64,000 bases of DNA from a virus (taxonomy: Duplodnaviria > Heunggongvirae > Uroviricota > Caudoviricetes): IMG/VR virus record IMGVR_UViG_3300032322_002674, positions 45,458 through 109,457 of that record, one strand, 5' to 3'. A program made the translations under genes and the position numbers. This document shows positions 49,585-59,635 of the stretch, one piece after another. Each line of letters opens with the position of its first letter. Within the stretch, counting starts at the first letter, position 1. The notes beneath the pieces are model-generated. The model saw only the letters and a program-made list of their open reading frames with translations, was not told the DNA's origin and searched no databases.

Positions 49585-51106
49585 TTGTTATATCACCCTC
49601 TTTTAGAATTTCAGTTAATGTTTCTATTAATGTTTTATAATTTGTTGCAAATTCTGATTTTTTAAAACCTTTATTAAAATGACCTTTACCTATTATCATT
49701 ATTTTAAATAATCCAAAAGTTGGCACTACTATAACTACAACTTCTGTATTACCATGAGTAAATTTTAAAAAACTATCAGTTATTTTATAATCCCAATAAT
49801 TACGTAAAACACCCAAATCTTCAATAACTTTTTTCCAAATTATATCTAATTTCTCAAAATTAAAAAATGTTTTTATGTCTTTTGCATTAATATTTTCAAT
49901 TCCTTTTGAAATAATGGTTTTAATATATTCTTCCTTTTGTTTTTCCTGTTCTTTTGCACGAGATTTTAAATTTAATACTTCATTTATATTTCTATTTTCA
50001 ATATACCATGTCATTTTATAATTTGATATACCAAGACCCATTTCATCAAGTCTAATTTTAATATATTTTAATTTTAATTCATCTGGGGCAAAATCAAATT
50101 CTTCATCTGATAAAACTGAACCTTTATGTTGGTTTTCAATTATATATTTAATGTATTTTAATTTTAAATCATTTGATAAAGAATTAAATTTTTCTTTTGT
50201 TAAACCAAAACCAACTTTACGATTGATAATGTTTTCAACATATTTTAATTTAATATTATCTGGTAATTTATCAAAAATATTATCTGGAATATCCCATTCA
50301 CCTTCCTCAATTTTCTTTGTATAATATTCTATTGCTTGTTTTTCCTGGTCATTTGCTCTGGATTTAATCTTATCACTTAAACTTTCACTTAATCTTTTTA
50401 TCCATAATTTAGATTTCTTTAAATCTTTTATATAATCACCAATAAATTCTTCTTTTAATGATAAATCATCCCACATATAGACTTCTAAGGTTTTTTGATA
50501 ACCTTTCATTACCTTCTTAATATTTTTTTCATCACTTAAATAACAATTAAGAAGTGTTGTTGGATAACCACCTTTTTGAATAACAAAATATTTTTCTTCA
50601 CCAATTAAAATATCCCCTATTACATAATCCAATTCTGTTTCATCCATAGGAATTCTTAGTCCACCTTTGGATATTTTAAAAGATTCAGAAATTGGTAAAT
50701 CAATAAAAGAAATAATTATAGGTGCATTTTTATTACCACCTAAAAAGTAACCCCATGCAGTAAATCCATCATCCCAAGATTGTTTAAAATAAGAATCAAA
50801 TGAATTATAATCATCATCCAATTTTTTATATTTATAGGGGTTATCATTGATAGGATAAATGTCATTAATGGGTATATAACAAATATAAAGGTAATTTGTA
50901 TTAACACCTTTATCAAATTTATAACCATCTTCATTACAATAAAAAAAACTTCTCGATTTACCCCAAATCCTAAATTCATTTTTTGAATGAATATTATAGG
51001 GTTTATTTACTTGAATAAATCCAGAATCAATTTTTTTATCAGAATAGTGATATAATTTCACCATCCCATTTTCTACTGTAAGTGATTTTAAGAAATTTTT
51101 ACCCAT
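49577..51106 (-). CDS. Multi-module polyprotein: possible ART-like N-terminal domain plus two LKSRA-tagged modules
   Basis: KLYHYS...RSFFY at the N-terminus; two tags; helical repeats; ATATTTAT at 51113-51120. Confidence 0.7.
   Translation of the reverse strand: MGKNFLKSLTVENGMVKLYHYSDKKIDSGFIQVNKPYNIHSKNEFRIWGKSRSFFYCNEDGYKFDKGVNTNYLYICYIPINDIYPINDNPYKYKKLDDDYNSFDSYFKQSWDDGFTAWGYFLGGNKNAPIIISFIDLPISESFKISKGGLRIPMDETELDYVIGDILIGEEKYFVIQKGGYPTTLLNCYLSDEKNIKKVMKGYQKTLEVYMWDDLSLKEEFIGDYIKDLKKSKLWIKRLSESLSDKIKSRANDQEKQAIEYYTKKIEEGEWDIPDNIFDKLPDNIKLKYVENIINRKVGFGLTKEKFNSLSNDLKLKYIKYIIENQHKGSVLSDEEFDFAPDELKLKYIKIRLDEMGLGISNYKMTWYIENRNINEVLNLKSRAKEQEKQKEEYIKTIISKGIENINAKDIKTFFNFEKLDIIWKKVIEDLGVLRNYWDYKITDSFLKFTHGNTEVVVIVVPTFGLFKIMIIGKGHFNKGFKKSEFATNYKTLIETLTEILKEGDITNE
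49922..49988 (-). repeat. LKSRA peptide tag, copy 8 (INE|VLNLKSRAKEQEKQKEEYI)
   Basis: Direct translation. Confidence 0.9.
50321..50393 (-). repeat. LKSRA peptide tag, copy 9 (LSE|SLSDKIKSRANDQEKQAIEYY)
   Basis: Direct translation. Confidence 0.85.
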
Positions 51107-51110
51107 TTAA

Positions 51111-51416
51111 TCATAAATATCTTATTACATAAACTATTCCTTCACGATAGTCAATAATACAAAAATATTCTAAAGAAGAGTGGTATTTTTCCTGAAATTC
51201 ATTATAAAAATTAGTGTATTCTTTTATTTTATCTTTATTCATTATTTTTAATAATTCATCATCACCTTTATTTAGTTTTAGTTTTAACCATTTATAATGT
51301 TTCATATTATCATCACCAGTATCATCAACAATAAAGGTTTGATTAACTTTTTTCCATACTTGTTCAGTCATTTTTTTGTATTCCCCATCTTCTATTTGAG
51401 AAAATAAATCCTTCAT
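51111..51416 (-). CDS. Hypothetical protein
   Basis: ATG at 51416 preferred over TTG at 51431; ATATTTAT at 51433-51440. Confidence 0.6.
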   Translation of the reverse strand: MKDLFSQIEDGEYKKMTEQVWKKVNQTFIVDDTGDDNMKHYKWLKLKLNKGDDELLKIMNKDKIKEYTNFYNEFQEKYHSSLEYFCIIDYREGIVYVIRYL

Positions 51417-51461
51417 GTTATAAATTTTCAAAATAAATATATTAAAATAATATTTATTATT

Positions 51462-51839
51462 ATGAAAGGTATTAATATTAAATTCCCTTTTAGGGATGCA
51501 GAAGAAGGTAGTTTTTTAAAATTAAATAAAACTTCTATTGAAGCAATAAGAAGTAATTTAATTCATCTTATTATGACTGAAAAAGGTGAAAGATGGTATT
51601 TGCCAGAATTTGGAACAAACTTAAAAAAATATATCTTTGAGCAACAAGATAATTTTACAAGAAATGATATTAAACGTCAATTAAATGATGATATTAGTAA
51701 GTGGATTCCTAATTTGAATATTGATGAAATAACAGTTGAAGAAGATTCTACTAATGAATATGCAGTAGAAATAGAAATAAAATATAGTGTAACAGAAGAT
51801 GTATTTAGACAATCAGATGTTATTGTTGTGAAACTTTAA
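51462..51839 (+). CDS. Baseplate wedge protein, gp25/GPW-like
   Basis: IRSNLIHLIMTEKGERWYLPEFGTNLKKYIFE...WIPNLNI; ATATTTAT at 51450-51457. Confidence 0.9.
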   Translation: MKGINIKFPFRDAEEGSFLKLNKTSIEAIRSNLIHLIMTEKGERWYLPEFGTNLKKYIFEQQDNFTRNDIKRQLNDDISKWIPNLNIDEITVEEDSTNEYAVEIEIKYSVTEDVFRQSDVIVVKL

Positions 51840-51871
51840 GATTTTATTTTTATCTCTATATTTTCACGAAT

Positions 51872-52426
51872 TTAAGTATTTAATGTTTTTTTTAATTCTA
51901 TTTCTATATTTTTAAGTATATAATCTGGTATTAAATTTTTAATTTGTATTATTTTTAATTCATCTGGAAATAGGTTTAGGTAATATTTAAATTGATATTC
52001 CGTTAAATGATACCTATCATCAATTCTATTTTTGATATAAGATAATTTATCTACTTTTTTAAGTAGATTGAATTGGTCATCAGATAAAAGATTATTTGAA
52101 AATCTACTTTTAATATTAACATATCGTTTTTTTAATTTAGTTGAAATAAAATCATATTCCCAATTAGATAAATTATAATGTTTTTCTATTCTTGTTCTTG
52201 TATATTTAATTTTTATTTTATTAGGTAGTAAAGACCATTGTTCAAAAGAGATGTTAGGTACGTAATTATCTTTTAAAAGATTTTTAAAATATAATTTTAT
52301 TAATTTTTTATTATTTTCTATTTTTAATAAATTAAAAAGATAATCTTGTAGATATAGACCTTGTTTTATTCTATAATGAATTTCTTTCCATAATTCCTCA
52401 ATTTGTTCTTTTGTAAGTTCTTCCAT
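51872..52426 (-). CDS. Stand-alone helical-repeat protein (family C repeats, no tag)
   Basis: Repeated LSxxQ/EF/Y..L...K..YI units. Confidence 0.65.
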   Translation of the reverse strand: MEELTKEQIEELWKEIHYRIKQGLYLQDYLFNLLKIENNKKLIKLYFKNLLKDNYVPNISFEQWSLLPNKIKIKYTRTRIEKHYNLSNWEYDFISTKLKKRYVNIKSRFSNNLLSDDQFNLLKKVDKLSYIKNRIDDRYHLTEYQFKYYLNLFPDELKIIQIKNLIPDYILKNIEIELKKTLNT

Positions 52427-52533
52427 AAAATTATTTTTTCAGTAAAAATAGAAATAAAAAATTTATTTTTTAATGCAATTTTACTTTAATTTGGTTTTTA
52501 AGTATTTATATTTATAATAAATTTTATTTATAT

Positions 52534-53193
52534 ATGGCACTAAAAGATTTATTTTTGGCAACTATGATGTCATTATCTAAGACAGAAAAACAAATGGTTC
52601 GTGATATTTTAGAAGATGATTTAAACATCAAAAAAGAATATCAAAAACACGAATTAAAATTAATAGATAAACAAAGATTTCACCAAATACTTGAAAAGGC
52701 AGACCAATTTGTAAGAAATAGAGATAAAGAAAAATTAAATCAAAAAATGTTACTTAAAGGTGATAAATCTGATGGTTTAGAAATAGAAAATATTTTTACA
52801 AATAATAAAAAAGTAATAAATGAATCAATTTATGCAATAAAACAAATACAAAAGTTAAAAGACACACCTGATGATTTTGAATATTCTTTAAAATGTGATA
52901 ATGAATTATATTATTTAACTGAATATGTTCATGTAAAAAAAGGTTATGGTGATTTAAAAGTTTTGGAATTTTATGTTGATTCAAAAAGTGAATATAATTC
53001 TATTTCTAATTTAGATAAACTAACAATTACTCAATATGAGGAAAATAATAAAATTTGGGAATTTTTAATTAAAGATTTTATAGGTTTTAAACCTCATGGT
53101 GATTATGTTATTTTTAAATTTAATGCAGAAATAACCAAAAACGGTGAATCAACTTTAAAATTTGATACAGTATATTATAATGGAAAAATTTAA
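52534..53193 (+). CDS. Hypothetical protein
   Basis: ATATTTATA at 52508-52516; heads the structural run. Confidence 0.65.
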   Translation: MALKDLFLATMMSLSKTEKQMVRDILEDDLNIKKEYQKHELKLIDKQRFHQILEKADQFVRNRDKEKLNQKMLLKGDKSDGLEIENIFTNNKKVINESIYAIKQIQKLKDTPDDFEYSLKCDNELYYLTEYVHVKKGYGDLKVLEFYVDSKSEYNSISNLDKLTITQYEENNKIWEFLIKDFIGFKPHGDYVIFKFNAEITKNGESTLKFDTVYYNGKI

Positions 53194-54598
53194 TTATAGT
53201 AATGAAAATTGTGTTTTTAACACAATTATGACAAATTTGAATCTTAATTCAGATTTTGAAACTTTTGTTTATCCTGATTTAGATATTAATGGTACAACAA
53301 AAATTTCATCAGGATTAACAATAACATCATTAGGAATATACAACATAACAGATAATGAAATTAATTTAGTTTTTAATGTTACAGGTAATACACAATCTTT
53401 TGATAAAATTCAAACCTTTGGTTATAATATTTATAAGTGGGAAGATTCAACAACAGGATTTACAAAAAATATTTACAATAAAGAAATAGAAAAAACAGAC
53501 TTTACTGGTTATACTTATAATGATACTATCAGTATAGAAAATTTAGAATATATTCCTGATTCCCAATATATAATAAACACTTATTATATATTTTCAGGAA
53601 CAACTGAACCTTATGGTTTAACACAAACATATAATACAAAAGAGTTTGAATTACCTAATAAAGAATATATAAATTATTCTAACAATTATTCAGGATATTT
53701 TGCATTTTATAATAACCCACCTATTCAATTAAATAATATTGGTGAAGTTAAATTTTTTGAAGGAACTTATAATAATGAAACTTTAGAAGTAGTTGTTAGT
53801 GGACAAACAGAATTTTATTTATCTAAAGTACCATCAAAAATAATAAATTTAAATTTAAATGGTTTATCTTTATTATGGGGTGAAGAAATTATAGGTGAAG
53901 TTGAATATACCAATGAACTTAATAAAATTATAATAAAATCAGGTTTAACACAAACAAATGATATAATAACGATACAATACATTGCAGATGATAATCAACC
54001 AAACTTTATAGTTGATTCTTTTTATGTTTCTGATTTAACTGATAGGGTTGTTTTAAACACAGGAACAACAAAATATGAATTTTTATTAGAAAATATACCA
54101 AATGGTGAAATAACTTTGATAATTAATGGTTTGAAATTAAATGAAGGTATTGATTTTTATCAATCATTAACAAATTCCAAAATATTAATTTTTCATGAAT
54201 TTTCTATTGAAGTTGGTGATACTTTAATTGCAATTTATGAAAGTGATGGTGATGTAGGTAACATATATTCATCAGCAGTAACTATAAATTTCCAATGTAC
54301 AATAGAACAAGAAAATGGTGAATTTTTATTAGAAGTTACTGATTTTACTGATACTAATTTTTTAAATCCAATATTTTCTGCAACAACAGATTATACTTTT
54401 AATGGTGAATACATTACTGAAAAAAATAATACTTATGAATATTTTTTAACATTTTCACCACTACAAGTGGGAAATACATATTTAGCAAGAATTAAAAATA
54501 CTAAAAATATAAATTTTGTTGAATTTTTAATTCAACCTTATTCTTATAGTAATATAATTTCTTTTAAACCAGGTGATAATTCTATTGAAAGTTACTAA
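53180..54598 (+). CDS. Virion structural protein with two beta-rich internal repeats
   Basis: TEFYLSKVP...LNGL...DIITIQY and YEFLLENIP...INGL...DTLIAIY; ATG at 53180 preferred. Confidence 0.6.
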   Translation: MEKFNYSNENCVFNTIMTNLNLNSDFETFVYPDLDINGTTKISSGLTITSLGIYNITDNEINLVFNVTGNTQSFDKIQTFGYNIYKWEDSTTGFTKNIYNKEIEKTDFTGYTYNDTISIENLEYIPDSQYIINTYYIFSGTTEPYGLTQTYNTKEFELPNKEYINYSNNYSGYFAFYNNPPIQLNNIGEVKFFEGTYNNETLEVVVSGQTEFYLSKVPSKIINLNLNGLSLLWGEEIIGEVEYTNELNKIIIKSGLTQTNDIITIQYIADDNQPNFIVDSFYVSDLTDRVVLNTGTTKYEFLLENIPNGEITLIINGLKLNEGIDFYQSLTNSKILIFHEFSIEVGDTLIAIYESDGDVGNIYSSAVTINFQCTIEQENGEFLLEVTDFTDTNFLNPIFSATTDYTFNGEYITEKNNTYEYFLTFSPLQVGNTYLARIKNTKNINFVEFLIQPYSYSNIISFKPGDNSIESY

Positions 54599-54625
54599 CC
54601 ATATATTTATAAATAAAAATTAACA

Positions 54626-56662
54626 ATGTCTTACATAATAAAAGAATCTTCTGCATTTATAAATGCAAAATTAACTGATTACGGAAGAAAACAATTAAGT
54701 TTAGGTAAACTAAATTTTAGTTTTTGGGGTTTAGGTGATTCAGAAATGGATTATCAAACGTTAGAAAACACATTTGATTTATCTACTTTTAATATTTTAA
54801 GACCAAAAGATAATAATCAAGATATAAAATATCCACTTATAAGATTAACTACTGATGTAGATTTTTATCAAACACTAAATAATTTACAATCTTTTGAACA
54901 AAAAGTGATAAATCAAGCAGAAACAAGAGGTTTTTTTACAGGAACAACGGATAATTTATCAGCAATTTTAACTAATCCAGAAAAATACTATATAAATATA
55001 GGTTTTGCCTTAAATAGTGAATTTACAGGTGGTACAATAGTTTCTAATATTGTTAATACAATTGGTTCTTTAACCGAAGAACCAGAAGTAGGTGATATTG
55101 TTTTAATTGCATATACTCACCCTAATAATCCAATAATTAGAACACAATTAATTCAAACAAAACCAGAAACATTTTTATTTTACAAAATTGAATCTTTATC
55201 AGGTACATTAAGTGGTGGTACACTTTCTATTGAAGTTGATAGGGAATTACCTGATTTTTCTTTATATCCATCTTTAACAGGTGAAACTTATTTTGTTTTT
55301 TTTCCAGGTGGTGAATCTATAACAAATTTTTATGGAAGTGGTTCTACTATACCTTATTGGAATAATTCTACTTTAATTTTTGATGGTACTTGTGATTTAT
55401 CAGTTGATGATGTGTCAGTTTGGAATTTAAATATTCCTTTTTCAGAAAATTTGGCAGGAATAGAATTAACTAATGAAGATATTAATGATTATGGGTCACA
55501 ACAATATTTAGGTTCAAAAGAACTTTTAGATTATACATCACAAAATAGTAATCAAAAATCTATTGCAATAATCCATTATACAAACAATAATATTAATAAT
55601 GTTTATGGTGAAAGATTCAATGACAATACCTTTGTTCTTTCATTACCACACATTATGTGGCATAAAAGAGAATTTAGTGGTTCTACCACAGGTAATAGAT
55701 TAGGTATGTCTTTTACTGGTGATACAGTAGAAAAAACATTAACTTTTACAGGTAATACAAACTATTCTTTAAGATATTATGATTTAGTAGATTGGTTTGG
55801 AAATGTTGTTGGTAAAATTTTTCCTGATTTAAAAATATGTACAATAGAAGATGAGGAATTGGTTACAGTTTTATCTTATAAATCTAATCGTTCTCATACG
55901 TTACCACAAATTAAATTAAATTTAGAAACAACATCACAAACATCACTTTTACAACCTTATGAAGAATTATGGGTTTCTTATTTATTCACAACAAATTCTG
56001 GTTTTACAAATGGAATACATTGTCAGTATTATTCAAGTATAAATAAAGTTGGTGTTTCTTCACCAGTTAATGTTGTTTGTTATTTTGATGCAGTAAATGA
56101 ATCCACTTTTCCTTATATGACTGATGGTTCAGATGGTAGTGGTTTTCAGGCGAATAATTTTTATGTTATTTGTCAAAAAGTAAATATTGGTGATAGACCA
56201 AACCCACAAAATTGGAAAATAATTAATTTTACAGATAATTCATTAAAATTTTCTGGAAGTGATAATTTAGACCCTATTGAAATAGAAAATTCAACATTTA
56301 TAATTGATTATAATACTTATACAGGTGCAACAACCTATAACATTAATAATTTTTTAAGTGGTTTACCATTAACAAATCAACCAAACAAATTACAATTTGG
56401 TGATGAAAGATTTTTATTTGGTAATGTTGACACTAAAATTGAGGCAACTACATATAAAACAAATTTTATTTTTAATTTAAAACCTAATGAATTTAACCAA
56501 TCAATAAATCCAACATTTGTTAATGGAAATCAAAACATACATATTACAGATATTGGTATTTATGATACAGATAAAAAATTAGTTGGTATAGGTAAATTAT
56601 CTTCACCTATCGAGAAACATAATGCAAAAACAGTAATAATAGAATTAGGAATTGATTTTTAA
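54626..56662 (+). CDS. Baseplate / tail-fibre attachment structural protein
   Basis: N-terminal AKLTDYGRKQL...LGDSEMDY; C-terminal ITDIGIYD...KLSSPIEK; ATATTTATA at 54603-54611. Confidence 0.65.
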   Translation: MSYIIKESSAFINAKLTDYGRKQLSLGKLNFSFWGLGDSEMDYQTLENTFDLSTFNILRPKDNNQDIKYPLIRLTTDVDFYQTLNNLQSFEQKVINQAETRGFFTGTTDNLSAILTNPEKYYINIGFALNSEFTGGTIVSNIVNTIGSLTEEPEVGDIVLIAYTHPNNPIIRTQLIQTKPETFLFYKIESLSGTLSGGTLSIEVDRELPDFSLYPSLTGETYFVFFPGGESITNFYGSGSTIPYWNNSTLIFDGTCDLSVDDVSVWNLNIPFSENLAGIELTNEDINDYGSQQYLGSKELLDYTSQNSNQKSIAIIHYTNNNINNVYGERFNDNTFVLSLPHIMWHKREFSGSTTGNRLGMSFTGDTVEKTLTFTGNTNYSLRYYDLVDWFGNVVGKIFPDLKICTIEDEELVTVLSYKSNRSHTLPQIKLNLETTSQTSLLQPYEELWVSYLFTTNSGFTNGIHCQYYSSINKVGVSSPVNVVCYFDAVNESTFPYMTDGSDGSGFQANNFYVICQKVNIGDRPNPQNWKIINFTDNSLKFSGSDNLDPIEIENSTFIIDYNTYTGATTYNINNFLSGLPLTNQPNKLQFGDERFLFGNVDTKIEATTYKTNFIFNLKPNEFNQSINPTFVNGNQNIHITDIGIYDTDKKLVGIGKLSSPIEKHNAKTVIIELGIDF

Positions 56663-56913
56663 TGAGTTTACCATATTTAGTTGCATCAGGAAATACTTTG
56701 ACTATTATTCTAACTAATAAGTCTAAAAATGAACTTTTAAAAGGTAATAATAACTTTTTAAAAGTAACAAAATTTAGTATTTCTGATAATGATGTTAATT
56801 ATAATATAGAAGAAAGAAATGAAGATATAAATAGAATTAGAGGAGAAATGGGTGATTGTTTACAATCAATTAATTTAGAAGATATTAAAAATAAAATAAA
56901 ATGGGTTACATAA
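56662..56913 (+). CDS. Small structural protein (N-terminal domain only)
   Basis: LTNKSKNELLKG...VTKFSISDNDVNY is paralogous to the N-termini of its neighbours. Confidence 0.6.
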   Translation: MSLPYLVASGNTLTIILTNKSKNELLKGNNNFLKVTKFSISDNDVNYNIEERNEDINRIRGEMGDCLQSINLEDIKNKIKWVT

Positions 56914-58109
56914 CAAGTGCAACAACAATAACATTAGATTCGCACCTAACACAAAAAGGTAGGGAAATTATTTTAAGTGGTATAAGTAAAAATATCACTA
57001 AATTTAGTTTAGGTGATTCTGATACTAATTATTTAATTGAAAATAGAAATTCACCAGGTAAAGTACCTGATGTTACTGGTGACCACATTGGTTGTGTGTT
57101 ATCTGTTGCAAGAAATGTGGATATTAAAAATAAAATTAGTATTTCTGGTTTAACTGAAACTACAATAAAAGAATTAAGATTTGTAAATGATAATATTTCT
57201 TATAATGTTTTAAATGTTGAAATTGATTTGGGAAATTATTGTGCTTATTTGGATAATCAATCATCCACAACTACTTTTAATAAAGATTTAAAATCACCTA
57301 TTATAGATTTTTACAACTTCATAAGAATTGAAGAAATTGATTCAAACAGTAACACAGTTGGTATAGAATATGATGATGTTAAAGTTGAATTTAAAACACA
57401 ACAGGATTATAATTTATTTAGAAAAATTCAAAATGAATATTTAAGTTTTGAAACTTTATTATTAAATCCAATTAATTATAGAAATAGAAATTTTAATAAT
57501 TTAGTTGATTCACCACTTAAATTTTTATTATCTTCTTTAGATTTAGGTTTGAATTCTTATTTTGGTTCAGGACCTGGTGGTGTTGTTTTAATGGGTAGAG
57601 AATATGGTTATTCAGTTGTTGATACAAATAACCCTTTAGTACCTTTGGATGTTATAGGTTCTGCAATATTAACTACTATACCAAATTTAGGTGTAACTAA
57701 TTTCTTTAAACCTGAATTAGTTGAAAACAATTCTAATATATTTTTATCTAAACAACGTAAATTAGTACCATCGGTTAGAATAACAAATCCCAATAACCCA
57801 ACACAAAAATTAGTTTATGTTGCAAATATAGAAACAACATATAATGACCAAAGTGGTTCACATGACCATATAAAACGTTTTGGTAATGATTTAATGAATA
57901 AAGAAATTGATTTGTTACAGCAAACAATGGGTTGGTTGGTTAATTCTGGTTTTGGTTTTACACAATCAAATATAGATTATGTTTCCATTGGAATGAATTT
58001 TATTTCTCAAACAATACAATCTAAATTTGGTGAATTAAATATTACTTTTAAAATGAGTAAAAACACTAATAATTGGAATCAAAATGGTGATTTCATAACA
58101 ATTTTATAA
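56901..58109 (+). CDS. Structural protein, same N-terminal domain family
   Basis: HLTQKGREIILSG...ITKFSLGDSDTNY. Confidence 0.6.
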   Translation: MGYITSATTITLDSHLTQKGREIILSGISKNITKFSLGDSDTNYLIENRNSPGKVPDVTGDHIGCVLSVARNVDIKNKISISGLTETTIKELRFVNDNISYNVLNVEIDLGNYCAYLDNQSSTTTFNKDLKSPIIDFYNFIRIEEIDSNSNTVGIEYDDVKVEFKTQQDYNLFRKIQNEYLSFETLLLNPINYRNRNFNNLVDSPLKFLLSSLDLGLNSYFGSGPGGVVLMGREYGYSVVDTNNPLVPLDVIGSAILTTIPNLGVTNFFKPELVENNSNIFLSKQRKLVPSVRITNPNNPTQKLVYVANIETTYNDQSGSHDHIKRFGNDLMNKEIDLLQQTMGWLVNSGFGFTQSNIDYVSIGMNFISQTIQSKFGELNITFKMSKNTNNWNQNGDFITIL

Positions 58110-58120
58110 AAAACATAATT

Positions 58121-58522
58121 ATGGCAACTTTTGATGTAAATAAACGTTTATGTAATTTAATATACAAAAATAAGAATACTATTTTGGATTCACATTTTAA
58201 TTCACTAGATAGTGAAGAAAAAAGTCAATTTATATCAGTTAGTAATTCAGGTAGTGGTGGTTTTGGTTCAGGTAAAGTTTGGGATGTTGTTTCTGTTAAT
58301 TCAAATGATATAGTAAATAGAACAACTTATACACAATATTTTTTACAAAGAGATACTTTACCTATACAGGAAAATATTACGATAATAGGTAAAGGTAAAC
58401 CTTTAATTGGTTCAAATACACAACCAACAATTAAAATAGATTGTAGTACTAATGTTAGTACATTAAATAATAACCCTAATATTAATATATTTAGTAGTGG
58501 TAGTAATCCTTTTGGTAATTAA
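58121..58522 (+). CDS. Hypothetical structural protein
   Basis: Ser/Gly/Asn-rich; lies within the structural run. Confidence 0.5.
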   Translation: MATFDVNKRLCNLIYKNKNTILDSHFNSLDSEEKSQFISVSNSGSGGFGSGKVWDVVSVNSNDIVNRTTYTQYFLQRDTLPIQENITIIGKGKPLIGSNTQPTIKIDCSTNVSTLNNNPNINIFSSGSNPFGN

Positions 58523-58582
58523 GTAGGACAAAATAATCCTTTAGGGGGAAGTAATTAACGAATATTTATAAAATAAAAAGAT

Positions 58583-59635
58583 ATGTTTTTAAAACCAGTA
58601 GAGCAAGGAACAGGACAATTTACTAAAACAATAGTTAGTTTAGGTCAAGTAACATTAAATGATTCAGACCTTAAATTTACTTATGCAAATAGAACTTTGA
58701 TTAATAATGAATTTGGTAATATGTTTGCAACATTTAATTTACCAATAACAAATTTACAAAAAAATAAATTTTTGTCAACAAGACAAAATGGTGGATTTAT
58801 AGATACAGGTTTTTCTGGATTTAATACAGATGAAATAATTTTTATTGAGATACCTAAAGATACTTATGGTGAATTAATTGATGGTAAAAAAATTAAATTA
58901 ACCATACCCACTGGTTCAACACCATCTGATGTAATTGAAATTTATTCTACATTTGTTGAACAAACAAACTATAAACAATTTTTTGATACTCTTTATTCTG
59001 ATTCATCAAATGAATCTAAGGAATTTGGTCAACCAAGTGGTACTTTAACACCTTATGAAAGTAATATTGTATTTTTATTTAGTGATTCAATTAAAAAACC
59101 TAAAGGTGATAATTCTAAATCTTGGTCAACAGGATATAATACAGGAAATGCATTTTTAACAAATAATAAAGAACCTTTTAAATTCTTTTCCTCTAATCAA
59201 TCAGAAATTGATGAACCAGTAGGTATTGCATTTTTAGATAAAGGTTTTATTGTATTATCACACCCAACAATAGTTAATAATTTCCCATTTAGTGCAGGTA
59301 CAATTAACGGTTCAACAAATTATACAGGAAATACAGAATTTTCAGATTTATATTTTACAGGTTCTACTTTATCAGAATTAACATTTAATTCAATTAATAC
59401 AGAATTTATTCAACATATTACTTGTCTTGCTCAACCTAATGAATTTTATGAAACTTCAAATCCAACATTTTTGGAATCCTATGGTCAGGGAGGTGTTGGA
59501 ATAGAATCAGTTTTTATCACAGAAATAGGTTTATATAATGATTTAGATGAATTGGTTGCAATAGTTAAACCAGATAGACCAATAGAAAAATCAAAAAATC
59601 AGGCAATAATATTTGATATACAAATTAAGGTTTAA
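58583..59635 (+). CDS. Baseplate / tail-fibre attachment structural protein
   Basis: C-terminal ITEIGLYNDLDELVAIVKPDRPIEK is paralogous to 54626..56662; ATATTTATA at 58562-58570. Confidence 0.65.
   Translation: MFLKPVEQGTGQFTKTIVSLGQVTLNDSDLKFTYANRTLINNEFGNMFATFNLPITNLQKNKFLSTRQNGGFIDTGFSGFNTDEIIFIEIPKDTYGELIDGKKIKLTIPTGSTPSDVIEIYSTFVEQTNYKQFFDTLYSDSSNESKEFGQPSGTLTPYESNIVFLFSDSIKKPKGDNSKSWSTGYNTGNAFLTNNKEPFKFFSSNQSEIDEPVGIAFLDKGFIVLSHPTIVNNFPFSAGTINGSTNYTGNTEFSDLYFTGSTLSELTFNSINTEFIQHITCLAQPNEFYETSNPTFLESYGQGGVGIESVFITEIGLYNDLDELVAIVKPDRPIEKSKNQAIIFDIQIKV

Noticed and set aside
17111-50393. LKSRA repeats as a DNA mobile element (MITE, intein or DGR template/variable repeat)
   Set aside because: All copies are in frame with synonymous codon switching; there are no terminal repeats or target duplications, no intein motifs and no reverse transcriptase in the window.
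2683-57793. Short ORF-track entries nested in or antisense to long genes (2683, 3420, 4992, 6490, 18264, 18884, 22164, 22497, 24039, 25986, 30314, 30641, 35605, 36324, 37449, 38793, 39505, 44191, 48320, 50740, 52796, 57608)
   Set aside because: They overlap well-supported CDSs, have shadow-like composition and show no recognisable motifs.
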